Source: Candidatus Micrarchaeota archaeon
GTDB lineage: Archaea; Micrarchaeota; Micrarchaeia; CABMEP01
NCBI GenBank assembly: GCA_026413625.1
Contig: JAOAKO010000005.1
Coordinates: forward strand, 1-44,570
Reading direction: 5' to 3'
Length of the DNA: 44,570 nucleotides
The notes beneath the pieces were generated by a model. It worked only from the letters and a program-made list of their open reading frames with translations, did no database searches and was not told where the DNA came from. Positions 18,602 through 27,627 of this stretch are shown here, piece after piece. The translations under genes and the position numbers were made by a program. Positions within the stretch are counted from its first letter, which is position 1, and each line of letters begins with the position of its first letter.

Positions 18602-19033
18602 TTATTTCTTTAGATTCCTTTTTAAGTAGTTTTCAATCGCATTTTTCAACGCCTGCTGCGCGAGAACAGAACAGTGCATCTTGATTGCTGGAAGGCCACC
18701 TAGCTTTTCGGCTACTTGCTTGTTTGTAATTTTCAATGCCTCGTCCAATGTCTTTCCTTTGGCCATATCTGTAACCATACTGCTAGTTGCGATTGCCGCT
18801 GCGCATCCAAGCGTCTTGAACTTTATGTCCTTGATTCTGTTTTTTTCTATCTTAAGATACAGATACATCACATCTCCGCATACGGCATTCCCTGCCTCGC
18901 CGACTGAATCCGCATCTTCAATCTCTCCCATATTATGCGGGTTCATAAAGTGTTCCATTACTTTTTGCGTATAAAGAGAAGAATTTGTTAAGCTACTTGA
19001 ATTCTTCACAGTTTTTTTGCTTCTTTTTGCCAT
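18602..19033 (-). CDS. iscU: Fe-S cluster scaffold IscU/NifU-N
   Basis: YTQKVMEHFMNPHNMG, CGD, GCAAA, LPAIKMHCS. Start placed after GGTGA. Confidence 0.96.
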   Translation of the reverse strand: MAKRSKKTVKNSSSLTNSSLYTQKVMEHFMNPHNMGEIEDADSVGEAGNAVCGDVMYLYLKIEKNRIKDIKFKTLGCAAAIATSSMVTDMAKGKTLDEALKITNKQVAEKLGGLPAIKMHCSVLAQQALKNAIENYLKRNLKK

Positions 19034-19046
19034 ATTCTCACCGTTA

Positions 19047-20219
19047 TTAGTATGTGGTAACCCCTTCAATTTTGGGAGTAATCTCCCTTATTTTCTTTAC
19101 TGAGATTTGAATCGCCTTTATTATATAATCGACTTCCTTTTCTGTTGTTTTGTAGCCCAATGTTATCCTAAGCGAGCCGTGCGCCTTGACCGGATCTGGA
19201 TCAAGAGCAAGAAGAACGTGAGAGGGAGAAAGATTGTGGGAAGAGCATGCAGAACCTGTTGAAGCGGAAATCCCCATCGAATCTAGCATAAGAAGAAGCG
19301 CTTCCCCCTCCACTCCCACGAATCCGAAATTAACGTTGTTTGCAAGCCTATTTTTGGGATGGCCGTTTAATCTCGAACCTGGAACGGAAGAGAGAATGGA
19401 ATCGATTATTCTGTCCCTCAGTTTTTCCAATCTCCTTTTTTCTCTTTCCATTTCTTTATTTGCAATTTCCGCAGCCTTAGCAAACCCTACTATGCCCGCT
19501 ACATTTTCAGTCCCTGCTCTTTTGTTGAATTCATGCGGGCCTCCTGTAAACAATGGCTTGATTTCTAATCCCTTTCTTACATATAATGCGCCTACTCCTT
19601 TCGGACCCCCTATTTTATGGGAAGAAACAGAAAGAAGATCTATATTCATTCTTTTCACATCTATTGGCAAGTGGCAGAATGTCTGAACCGCATCTACGTG
19701 AAATGGGACACTATGCTTCTTAGCTGTCTTTCCTATTTCACCTATTGGTTGGATGGTTCCGATTTCGTTATTTGCATGCATCACTGAAATAAGAATTGTT
19801 TTTTTGGTAATTGCTCTTTCTATTTCTTTCGGATCAACCTCCCCGTATTTATTCACTGGAATTATTGTCACATCAAATCCTTCCTTTTCAAGATCCTTAA
19901 CCGTATTAAGGACAGCGTGATGTTCTACTGCGGAAGTTATAATGTGATTGCCATTTTTCTGATTCGAACTTGCAATCCCCCTTATTGCAAGGTTATCGCT
20001 TTCTGTCCCTCCAGAGGTAAAGATTATTTCTTCTGGAGAGGCATTAATTATGTCTGCAATTATTTTTCTTGAATTCTTTATTGCATCGGCAGCAATCCTT
20101 CCGTCTGCATGAAGAGAAGACGGATTGCCGAAATGTTTATCAAAATATGGCGACATGGCCCTGATTGCTTCCTTCCTGACCGGTGTCGTTGCTGCATAAT
20201 CAGCATAAATTCTTCGCAT
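19047..20219 (-). CDS. iscS: Cysteine desulfurase IscS/NifS
   Basis: DYAATTP, GNPSS, EHHAV, DAVQ, SSHKIGGPKG (PLP Lys), GSACSS (catalytic Cys). Confidence 0.97.
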   Translation of the reverse strand: MRRIYADYAATTPVRKEAIRAMSPYFDKHFGNPSSLHADGRIAADAIKNSRKIIADIINASPEEIIFTSGGTESDNLAIRGIASSNQKNGNHIITSAVEHHAVLNTVKDLEKEGFDVTIIPVNKYGEVDPKEIERAITKKTILISVMHANNEIGTIQPIGEIGKTAKKHSVPFHVDAVQTFCHLPIDVKRMNIDLLSVSSHKIGGPKGVGALYVRKGLEIKPLFTGGPHEFNKRAGTENVAGIVGFAKAAEIANKEMEREKRRLEKLRDRIIDSILSSVPGSRLNGHPKNRLANNVNFGFVGVEGEALLLMLDSMGISASTGSACSSHNLSPSHVLLALDPDPVKAHGSLRITLGYKTTEKEVDYIIKAIQISVKKIREITPKIEGVTTY

Positions 20220-20223
20220 TGTT

Positions 20224-20583
20224 TCACCTTCTTATTTTATCAGCTAAGCAAGACTCGCAAACGCTAGATGGAACTTCTTCGATTATTTTATGGCTCCTGC
20301 AGATGTATCCATTAATTCTGAAATGAAAACAAAGATCGCAAACGTTTTCATTGAATGGCTTATTTACATCGTATTTCTCTGAAATGTATTTTGAAATAAG
20401 CTCTTCCAATTTCTTCTTGTGTTTTCCTCTCTTTTGTTTCAAGTATTGCGAAACGGCTGCCTCTGAGACGTTCATTATTTTTGATATTTCTCTTTGCGAG
20501 TAACCTTTATATAGAAGAAATCTTGACGTTTCCTTCCTTATTGTCGGCAGTAGTTCGTTTACCATAAATTCGCATGGTATCAT
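20224..20583 (-). CDS. HTH transcriptional regulator with Cys-rich C-terminus, heading iscS-iscU
   Basis: PCE N-terminus, SQREISKIMNVSEAAVSQYL HTH, KRG, CxxC...C..H...CxxC. Confidence 0.85.
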   Translation of the reverse strand: MIPCEFMVNELLPTIRKETSRFLLYKGYSQREISKIMNVSEAAVSQYLKQKRGKHKKKLEELISKYISEKYDVNKPFNENVCDLCFHFRINGYICRSHKIIEEVPSSVCESCLADKIRR

Positions 20584-20588
20584 AGAAT

Positions 20589-20607
20589 AACTTTACACTG
20601 TTAAGTT
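20589..20607. promoter_or_regulatory. Putative operator AACTTTACA-C-TGTTAAGTT
   Basis: 9-bp inverted repeat with one mismatch, 6-24 nt upstream of the regulator start codon. Confidence 0.55.
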
Positions 20608-20668
20608 TTTAACTCTTGTGTTGTTAACCCGGGAAAAGCGTTTTAAAGAATTCGGCAAAATATAGCTT

Positions 20669-21241
20669 ATGGCAAAATTAGAGCTTGGATTAATTCAAAT
20701 ATTCTATGGCGATGGAAGAGGGAAAACAAGCGCGGCGATAGGAACTGCAATCAGAGCGGCCGGCCACGGACTTAATGTGGCGGTTATACAATTTTTGAAA
20801 GACGGGAGCATAAGCGGCGAATACAACTATCTTAAAAAACACAAGATAAAGATACTCCAGCTTGGGCCTTCAGCAGGCAAAAAATACGACAAAATGGTTA
20901 AAGAAGGTAAGGCAAGACTGATAAAAGAATACTTTACATACGACAGAAAAATAATAGAAAATTCAAAAAAAGGGCTGACGCTTGCTGAAAAATTGATTTC
21001 ATCAGGAAAATATGACCTGGTTGTTCTTGACGAAGTGAACACCGCCGCCGCATTCGGACATTTTTCATATGATGACATAATAAGGGTTTTGAAAAAGAAG
21101 CACGAAAAGACAGAAGTGATCATGACGGGGTTCAAGCCTGATGAAAGACTTATAGAGATGGCGGATCTGGTGAGCGAAGTTAAAAAAATAAAGCATCCGT
21201 TTGACAGAGGAATCCTTGCAAGATGGGGAGTGGACTACTGA
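20669..21241 (+). CDS. cobO: Cob(I)alamin adenosyltransferase, CobO/BtuR type
   Basis: YGDGRGKTSAA, IQFLK, YDLVVLDE, EVIMTG, KHPFDRGI..RWGVDY. Confidence 0.93.
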   Translation: MAKLELGLIQIFYGDGRGKTSAAIGTAIRAAGHGLNVAVIQFLKDGSISGEYNYLKKHKIKILQLGPSAGKKYDKMVKEGKARLIKEYFTYDRKIIENSKKGLTLAEKLISSGKYDLVVLDEVNTAAAFGHFSYDDIIRVLKKKHEKTEVIMTGFKPDERLIEMADLVSEVKKIKHPFDRGILARWGVDY

Positions 21242-21249
21242 TTCCTCAA

Positions 21250-22839
21250 CTAATCCTTAATTTGCGATAAGTTCTTTGCTATTCTTACAGATAGCGACAC
21301 TGTTTCTTCGAAAGCTGCGACCGCGTCAATGAACAATACTGTAGCGTATGTGCTAAACTTTTCCCTTGAAAGAACGTTTATCCTCATCTTGTGGCAATAT
21401 GAAATTAAATTGTCTATTTCCCTTCTTTTATTTGAAATCGCAATCACATCCTTCTTATTTATTTTCAAAAATTTAGATGTGAGATAATCTAATATTTCAT
21501 CGATCTTAAATTTAAGTTGCATTATATCTTCAATTGACTCCTTTGAAAATTCTAATCCATTCTCCTCAAGTTTGACGTTTATATGTCCATAATCATGCAT
21601 GATATCCGCAAGCCTCTCAATCTGGTTGGCAACTTTTGATAACACTACTATCTCCCTTGATTGGCTTGGTGTTAATTTTCTATTTGACAATTCGACTAAT
21701 GTAGAGGTTATCTTTGAATCCAAATAGTCGCTAAGCGCCTCCAATTTCTCTATTTGATTTATTTTTTCTGTATTCTTGTAAACCATCATCTCGGTCGATA
21801 TGTCAAGCATTTCCCTTGCTATCTCTATATGATTTACCAGCTCTAGCTTTAGATTCCTTATTGCAGTATCGGTATCGGCAGGTATCCTATCGAGATATTT
21901 GGGCTTGAATAGGATCTCCTTCTCTTTTGATTGCGTAAATGACTCAATCAGTCTTACAAAAAACGGAGCGAACAAAATAAATATAGTGGCTGCAAACACG
22001 TTAAAAATCGTATGCGCATTTGCAACAGTAGCTCCAGGATTTGGGCTTATAGAGCTTACAAAATCTATGAACGATGGAATAAACGGAAATATGAATATTA
22101 CGCCTGCAACATTGAAAAGAACATGGGCATAAGCGGTTCTTTTCGCAAATACGCCCATCTTACGGGATACCAACAACGCAGTCAATGTAGTTCCTATGTT
22201 GCTTCCCAATACCATCGGAATAGCAATATTAAAAGGCAGCAATCCCTCCATAGTAAGCAATACTAAAAGTGCGGTGACTGCGCTACTTGAATTTATTATT
22301 GCGGTCAGAATAAAACCAAACAATATTGCAAACTCTATATTACTTGCTGTCCTGATTATGTCTTTCACTATCGCCTCGTCCTGCAATCCTTTTGCTGTCG
22401 TTGAAACGATTGTAAGGCCGTAGAACAAAAGACCGAATAAAAATATCGACTTGCCTATAAGATTGTATTTTGGAACGAATGTAAGAATAAATCCGGCTAT
22501 CAAAAAGAAAGGCGCGAAGATCATGAAATTAAATGCCACAAGTTGCGCAGTTATGGTTGTTCCTATATTGCTGCCTGCAATAACTCCTATACTATGATAA
22601 AACGAAACCAAACCTGCGTCTACCAACGCGATTAGAATTGAGGTTGTTGCCGTGCTGGATTGCAAAAGAATCGTCGCAAAAATCCCTGTGAATAAAGCCT
22701 TGATGGGATGGTCTGTAAATCTCTGAATAAGGCCCTTAAGATTTTCCCTTGAAATTTTTAAGAGTTGCTCGCTGAGTTGCTCTATGCTATATATGAATAT
22801 TGCAATTCCTGCGAGAATACCTATCAATTCAAAGAGCAT
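21250..22839 (-). CDS. Na/Pi cotransporter family protein with C-terminal PhoU-like domain
   Basis: Duplicated QSSTAT/NSSSAVT and GSNIGTT motifs, HxxFN, C-terminal ERLAD helical domain. Confidence 0.93.
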   Translation of the reverse strand: MLFELIGILAGIAIFIYSIEQLSEQLLKISRENLKGLIQRFTDHPIKALFTGIFATILLQSSTATTSILIALVDAGLVSFYHSIGVIAGSNIGTTITAQLVAFNFMIFAPFFLIAGFILTFVPKYNLIGKSIFLFGLLFYGLTIVSTTAKGLQDEAIVKDIIRTASNIEFAILFGFILTAIINSSSAVTALLVLLTMEGLLPFNIAIPMVLGSNIGTTLTALLVSRKMGVFAKRTAYAHVLFNVAGVIFIFPFIPSFIDFVSSISPNPGATVANAHTIFNVFAATIFILFAPFFVRLIESFTQSKEKEILFKPKYLDRIPADTDTAIRNLKLELVNHIEIAREMLDISTEMMVYKNTEKINQIEKLEALSDYLDSKITSTLVELSNRKLTPSQSREIVVLSKVANQIERLADIMHDYGHINVKLEENGLEFSKESIEDIMQLKFKIDEILDYLTSKFLKINKKDVIAISNKRREIDNLISYCHKMRINVLSREKFSTYATVLFIDAVAAFEETVSLSVRIAKNLSQIKD

Positions 22840-22896
22840 AGAACTAATTGGATGAGAAATAATTTAAATATTACAAACTACGGTTTCGCGAAAGAA

Positions 22897-22975
22897 TAAA
22901 TCAGACCGCCAATCACTCGTCACCGCCCCGACGGATAGCCAGGACTCAGATTCATCCATTGTCATCATCTGATTA
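22897..22975 (-). ncRNA. Box C/D guide sRNA
   Basis: Minus strand: box C ATGATGA (22968-22962), 12-nt guide CAATGGATGAAT, D' CTGA, hairpin GTCCTGGC-TATCC-GTCGGGGC, C' GTGACGA, 12-nt guide GTGATTGGCGGT, D CTGA (22904-22901). GC-rich patch in an AT-rich gap, with TATA-like TTTAAAA about 25 nt upstream. Ends approximate. Confidence 0.9.
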
Positions 22976-23020
22976 ATTAAATCAGAAAACAATTTTAAAT
23001 TGCTCGGATTAAATTTAGTC

Positions 23021-24004
23021 ATGATAAGAACAATCCTTGGAATAGAGAGCACTGCGCATACTCTTGGGATAGGGATAGTCAAAGACGGCAAGATAAAGGC
23101 AAATGAGAAAAGCATGCTTTTTGAATACGGAATCCATCCTAGAAAGACTGCAGACCATCATGCGGATCAGATTCAAAATGTAATGCGTACAGCTCTTCAA
23201 AAGGCAAAATTAAGAATGGATGAAATAGACCTCGTCGCTTTTTCTCAAGGCCCCGGGATTGGCCCATGCTTAAGGATAAGCGCGATTGCAGCAAGAACGC
23301 TTGCTATTGCCTACAAAATTCCTGTCGTCGGAGTCAACCACTGCGTAGCGCATATTGAGATATCAAAATACTTCACTAAGTTTAGAGATCCGTTGATTCT
23401 TTATGTCAGCGGAGGAAACACCCAAATACTTATAAAAGAAAATGAAAGATACCACGTTTTAGGGGAAACGTTGGATGTGGGAATTGGCAATATGCTTGAC
23501 ACCTTTGCAAGGTCAGCAGGCTTGAAAAGCGCAAAGGACGTGGAGGATAAAGCAAAAAAAGGAAACAAATACATAGAAATGCCCTATTCTGTCAAGGGAA
23601 TGGATGCGTCATTTAGCGGAATACTAACGCATTCAGAAAAGCTTATAGGTAAAGAAAAGATAGAGGATATTTGCTATTCTTTGCAGGAAACAGCTTATGC
23701 AGCTTTGTGTGAAATAACAGAAAGGGCTTTGGCTCTTACAGATAAAAGCGAGATCATAGTATGCGGAGGCGTTGCTCAAAACAAAAGATTGCAAGGAATG
23801 CTTTCTGAAATGGCAAAGGAATGGAAATGCAAATTTGGAGTTGCGCCAAATGAATTCAACGCGGATAACGGCGGAATGATCGCATATGTCGGATACAAAA
23901 TGACGGAGAATAAAGAGATTCTTAAGCATTACATTCTGAAGGAAAATGAAATAGTGCCAAAGCCAAAATACAGAACAGACGAGTTTATAGCCAAATGGGA
24001 CTGA
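23021..24004 (+). CDS. kae1: KEOPS subunit Kae1 (t6A synthase)
   Basis: LGIESTAHT, SQGPGIG, VNHCVAHIE, YVSGGNTQ, GETLD, GGVAQN, DNGGMIA, YRTD. Confidence 0.97.
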   Translation: MIRTILGIESTAHTLGIGIVKDGKIKANEKSMLFEYGIHPRKTADHHADQIQNVMRTALQKAKLRMDEIDLVAFSQGPGIGPCLRISAIAARTLAIAYKIPVVGVNHCVAHIEISKYFTKFRDPLILYVSGGNTQILIKENERYHVLGETLDVGIGNMLDTFARSAGLKSAKDVEDKAKKGNKYIEMPYSVKGMDASFSGILTHSEKLIGKEKIEDICYSLQETAYAALCEITERALALTDKSEIIVCGGVAQNKRLQGMLSEMAKEWKCKFGVAPNEFNADNGGMIAYVGYKMTENKEILKHYILKENEIVPKPKYRTDEFIAKWD

Positions 24005-24022
24005 TTCCAAGCTGATTCCAAG
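24001..24022. repeat. 11-bp tandem duplication CTGATTCCAAG x2 spanning the kae1 stop codon
   Basis: Read directly from the sequence. Confidence 0.85.
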
Positions 24023-24095
24023 CTTTTTTGCTGAAAAATTTATGTAAAATTTAAATACATTTGTCTACAAATTTATATTCAGGTGACCATAAATT

Positions 24096-24114
24096 ATAGT
24101 TTCAACTATAGTTT
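24096..24114. promoter_or_regulatory. Putative operator ATAGTTTCAACTATAGTTT upstream of the diadenylate cyclase gene
   Basis: Identical to 17623-17641. Confidence 0.5.
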
Positions 24115-24148
24115 CAAAACTCATCTATATTTTAAGCGGTGAATAGAA

Positions 24149-24844
24149 ATGAATCTAAAAGAGAAGAAAAGTAAAATTGTAAATGATATAGACTTGGAAA
24201 AAAACATAGTGAAGCTAGTGATAGACCTTGCTATGGAGTTTGGCCAGCAGAAAAAGGGATCTTTCTTTATAATTACAAATAGAAACCTAAAACCTTACTA
24301 TACCTGGCTATATACGGACATACTTGAGAAAACAAAAGTCAAAATAAACAGCCAAAAGATACTTCCGGTAATAAGGAAATTGGCGGAATTGGACGGAGCC
24401 ATAATTATAGATGAAGACGGATATCTGATTGCGTATGGCGCCCAAATAAAAAAGATAAAGCATTATAAGGGGCATGGAACAAGGCATAGCGCCGCTTTGG
24501 GAATTTCTGAAATCCCAGGAACATTGTCTATAATTTCAAGCGAAGAGGACGGAGCGGTAAGGATAATGAAGAATGGAAAGACATTGATAGAGATAAATCC
24601 TTTCACTAAAACACCTCCAACATTAAGCGAAAAAATTGCAGAGCTTCTTACATCTCCATCTGTGCCTTTGATCGGAGGAGGAAGCATTGGGGCACTGGCA
24701 CTCGGATTAAATCCGTTCGTGGCTGCAATCGTATTCACAGGCTCTTATATAATGACGAAGAGCGGCGCAAAGAGCCTTGGAGAATTCTTAAAGAGAGGAC
24801 CTAGCGCCCTTAATGAAAAAAAGGAGAGTAAAAATGAGGAATAG
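24149..24844 (+). CDS. Diadenylate cyclase (DisA_N/DAC domain) with C-terminal hydrophobic segment
   Basis: LAELDGAIII, GHGTRHSAA, SSEEDGAV; C-terminal Gly-rich hydrophobic stretch. Confidence 0.88.
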   Translation: MNLKEKKSKIVNDIDLEKNIVKLVIDLAMEFGQQKKGSFFIITNRNLKPYYTWLYTDILEKTKVKINSQKILPVIRKLAELDGAIIIDEDGYLIAYGAQIKKIKHYKGHGTRHSAALGISEIPGTLSIISSEEDGAVRIMKNGKTLIEINPFTKTPPTLSEKIAELLTSPSVPLIGGGSIGALALGLNPFVAAIVFTGSYIMTKSGAKSLGEFLKRGPSALNEKKESKNEE

Positions 24845-25460
24845 TTTCCAAAAAAGAGGGGCTGAAGCAAAGGTCTATTTCTCAAATCTATTCGGAGTCC
24901 CTGTTGTTATTAAGGTAAGAGATGAAAAGAAATACAGAATTAAAGAGCTTGACGAAAGCCTAAGGAAGAGCAGAAATAGAGTAGAGGCAAGATGCGTTTT
25001 GCACGCGGCAAGAAATAGCATAAATGTGCCAAGGATATATCATGCGGGTAAATACGAACTTGTATTAGAAAGGCTCGACGGAGTTCTTATGAAAGATAGA
25101 AAAAACACGCCTGCCCAAATAAAGAAAGTGGGTATCTTACTTGCGAAATTGCATTCTGCTGGAATTACGCATGGTGACTTTACTCCTGCAAATGTGATGT
25201 TTGTGAAAGAAGAGCCTTACATCATCGATTTCGGGCTAGCACAATTTTCAAACGATACCGAGGAAAGGGCTATAGATGTTTTGCTTATGAAAAGATCCCT
25301 AGGTAGGGATTTCCGCTACTTTTTGGAAGGATACAAAGCCCAAAGCAATTGGAAAGAAACAATCTCCCAAATGGAAGAGATAGAAAAGAGAGGAAGATAC
25401 CATAAACGAGGGGAAACTAAGGATAAGGAAAGCGATGATGAAATGCAAGATGAAGAATAA
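24834..25460 (+). CDS. bud32: KEOPS kinase/ATPase Bud32
   Basis: RGAEA, VVIKVR..KKYR, HGDFTPAN, IIDFGL, IEKRGRY. Start at 24834 (GGAG RBS) or 24813. Confidence 0.95.
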   Translation: MRNSFQKRGAEAKVYFSNLFGVPVVIKVRDEKKYRIKELDESLRKSRNRVEARCVLHAARNSINVPRIYHAGKYELVLERLDGVLMKDRKNTPAQIKKVGILLAKLHSAGITHGDFTPANVMFVKEEPYIIDFGLAQFSNDTEERAIDVLLMKRSLGRDFRYFLEGYKAQSNWKETISQMEEIEKRGRYHKRGETKDKESDDEMQDEE

Positions 25461-25492
25461 GAAATGAAAGTTAGACTCAACTGTAAGAATAC

Positions 25493-27595
25493 TTAAAGCT
25501 GACAAATTCCAGAAGAACAGCCTGAGAATTCAGAAGAAACAGTTATCTTTCCTTTCGGCTCCTCTTTCTCTGTTTTCGGCTTCCCTAGGTATATTACCTG
25601 ATCCGCCCTGCTTCCATATCTGTAAACAGTTATTCCCTTTACCCCAAGCTCATAAGCGTTCCTATATATTTCCTGCACGTCTTCAACCTTTGCTTCGTAT
25701 GGAAGGTTGACTGTCTTTGAGACTGCATTATCAACATATTTTTGGAACGCGGCCTGCATCCTCAAATGCCAGATAGGATCGATATCATATGCAGTTACAA
25801 AGAGTTCCCTTACATCCTTGGGAATTTCGCTTATCTTTTGAATTGAAAATCCATGTGAAATCTTTTCCATCAGAGATCTGCTGTAAAATCCTCTCTCAAT
25901 CGATATCGAATGGAAAAGTTTGTTCACTTCTATAAGCCTAACGTTTTCAAGAACCTGCCTATAGTATGCGACTGCAAAAAGCGGCTCTATGCCAGAAGAG
26001 ACTCCGGCTATTATTGAAAGCGAACCAGTAGGAGCGATTGTATTTAAGGTTGCATTCCTTAACTTGCTCACTCTGCTCGGATAAATAGAGAATTTGAAGT
26101 TCTGATAGCTGCCCCTTTTGCCTGCAAGCTCCTGAGAAGTATTGTAAGAAATCTGCCTAATGAATTTCATTAGTTTTTCAGCAATCATCAATGCTTCCCT
26201 GCTGTCATATCTAATCCCCAGCATTATCAATGCATCGGCAAATCCCATGACGCCCAAACCTATCTTTCTGTTTGCCTTTGTTGTCTGCTCTATTTCTTTT
26301 ACAGGTATGCTGTTGACATCAATTACATTGTCCAAGAAATGTATTGCATTCTGAATCGCAATTTCAAGCCTGTCCCAATCAAAATCGCTTCCGTCTGAAA
26401 GCACGAACTTGGTAAGATTTATGCTTCCAAGGTTGCATGATTCGTAAGGCAAAAGAGGCTGCTCACCGCACGGATTGCAAGATTCGATCTCTCCGATCTT
26501 TCTGAGCGGATGTGTCTTGTTTATTCTGTCAATGAATATCAAACCTGGATCTCCGTTCTCCCAGGCTCTTTCTGCGGCTAGATTGAATATTTCCAAAGCG
26601 GAAATTGTTTTTACAACCTCTCCGGTCCTAGGATTTATAAGCTCGTATTCGTCATCCTTTTCCACTGCCTTCATGAACTTGTCTGTAGCTGCGATTGAAA
26701 TGTTAAAGTTCCTCAATCCCCCTTCTCTTTTTGAATTTATGAATTCTATTATGTCCGGGTGATCGCATCTCAAAACGCCCATGTTTGCCCCTCTTCTTCT
26801 TCCGCCCTGTTTTATTGTCTCTGTCATTGCATCATATATCCTCATGAAAGAAACGGGGCCTGATGCGATTGACATAGTCGAACGAACGAGATCCCCCTTA
26901 GGCCTTATTCTGGAAAATGAGAATCCGGTTCCTCCTCCGCTTTGATGGATTATAGCTGCATTTTTTAAAGTGGTGAAAATGCTTTCTAATGAATCGTCTA
27001 TTGGCAAAACAAAACAGGCAGAAAGCTGGCCTATTCGAGTGCCTGCATTCATTAATGTTGGTGAATTTGGGAGAAATTCGAGATTGCACATCATTTCGTA
27101 AAATATTTTTTCTGATTTTCTTTTATCTTCCCCGTATATCGAATCTGCCTCTGAAATGTGCTTTGCAACTCTCTTGAACATCATCTTCGGAGTTTCGATT
27201 ATCTTTCCTGATATGTCCTTTTGAAGATATCTCGATGCAAGCACCTTTGTTGCATTCAAGTCAAGCTTCAGGTCGTCATAAACGCCGAAAAGAACTTTTT
27301 TCTTTTCCCTGATCTCCGCCCTTTCTCTCCTGTAATTTATGTACAGTCTTGCGATTTTTTTGTTTTCCTTAAGAAGCTCCTCAACCACTATATCCTGAAT
27401 TTCTTCAACTGTTGGAATTTTATTTGCATACAAATCCTCAAGCCTTTTGACCACTCTGTCGGACACTTTTTGCGAAAGTTTCATATCGGGAGATTTTGCT
27501 GCCTCAGTTGCCTTGAAAATTGCATTCGTTATCTTTGACTGATCAAACTTTACAATCGATCCGTCTCTCTTTTGCACCTGTTTGATTAAGGCCAT
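25493..27595 (-). CDS. nrdJ: Class II (adenosylcobalamin-dependent) ribonucleotide reductase with ATP cone
   Basis: ATP cone (KRDG), PNSPTLMNAG, SACFV, RRGANMG, NPCGEQPL, CNLGS, IAPTG, SKTVN, C-terminal Cys pair. No intein seen. Confidence 0.95.
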   Translation of the reverse strand: MALIKQVQKRDGSIVKFDQSKITNAIFKATEAAKSPDMKLSQKVSDRVVKRLEDLYANKIPTVEEIQDIVVEELLKENKKIARLYINYRRERAEIREKKKVLFGVYDDLKLDLNATKVLASRYLQKDISGKIIETPKMMFKRVAKHISEADSIYGEDKRKSEKIFYEMMCNLEFLPNSPTLMNAGTRIGQLSACFVLPIDDSLESIFTTLKNAAIIHQSGGGTGFSFSRIRPKGDLVRSTMSIASGPVSFMRIYDAMTETIKQGGRRRGANMGVLRCDHPDIIEFINSKREGGLRNFNISIAATDKFMKAVEKDDEYELINPRTGEVVKTISALEIFNLAAERAWENGDPGLIFIDRINKTHPLRKIGEIESCNPCGEQPLLPYESCNLGSINLTKFVLSDGSDFDWDRLEIAIQNAIHFLDNVIDVNSIPVKEIEQTTKANRKIGLGVMGFADALIMLGIRYDSREALMIAEKLMKFIRQISYNTSQELAGKRGSYQNFKFSIYPSRVSKLRNATLNTIAPTGSLSIIAGVSSGIEPLFAVAYYRQVLENVRLIEVNKLFHSISIERGFYSRSLMEKISHGFSIQKISEIPKDVRELFVTAYDIDPIWHLRMQAAFQKYVDNAVSKTVNLPYEAKVEDVQEIYRNAYELGVKGITVYRYGSRADQVIYLGKPKTEKEEPKGKITVSSEFSGCSSGICQL

Positions 27596-27627
27596 AAAAC
27601 CACAAGTGTAAAGCACTATAAAATGAG

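Noticed and set aside
22864-23115. 83-aa minus-strand ORF
   Set aside because: Overlaps kae1 antisense; the region is better explained by the box C/D sRNA.
25493-27595. Intein in nrdJ
   Set aside because: Length and motif spacing are normal, with no splice-junction or LAGLIDADG motifs.
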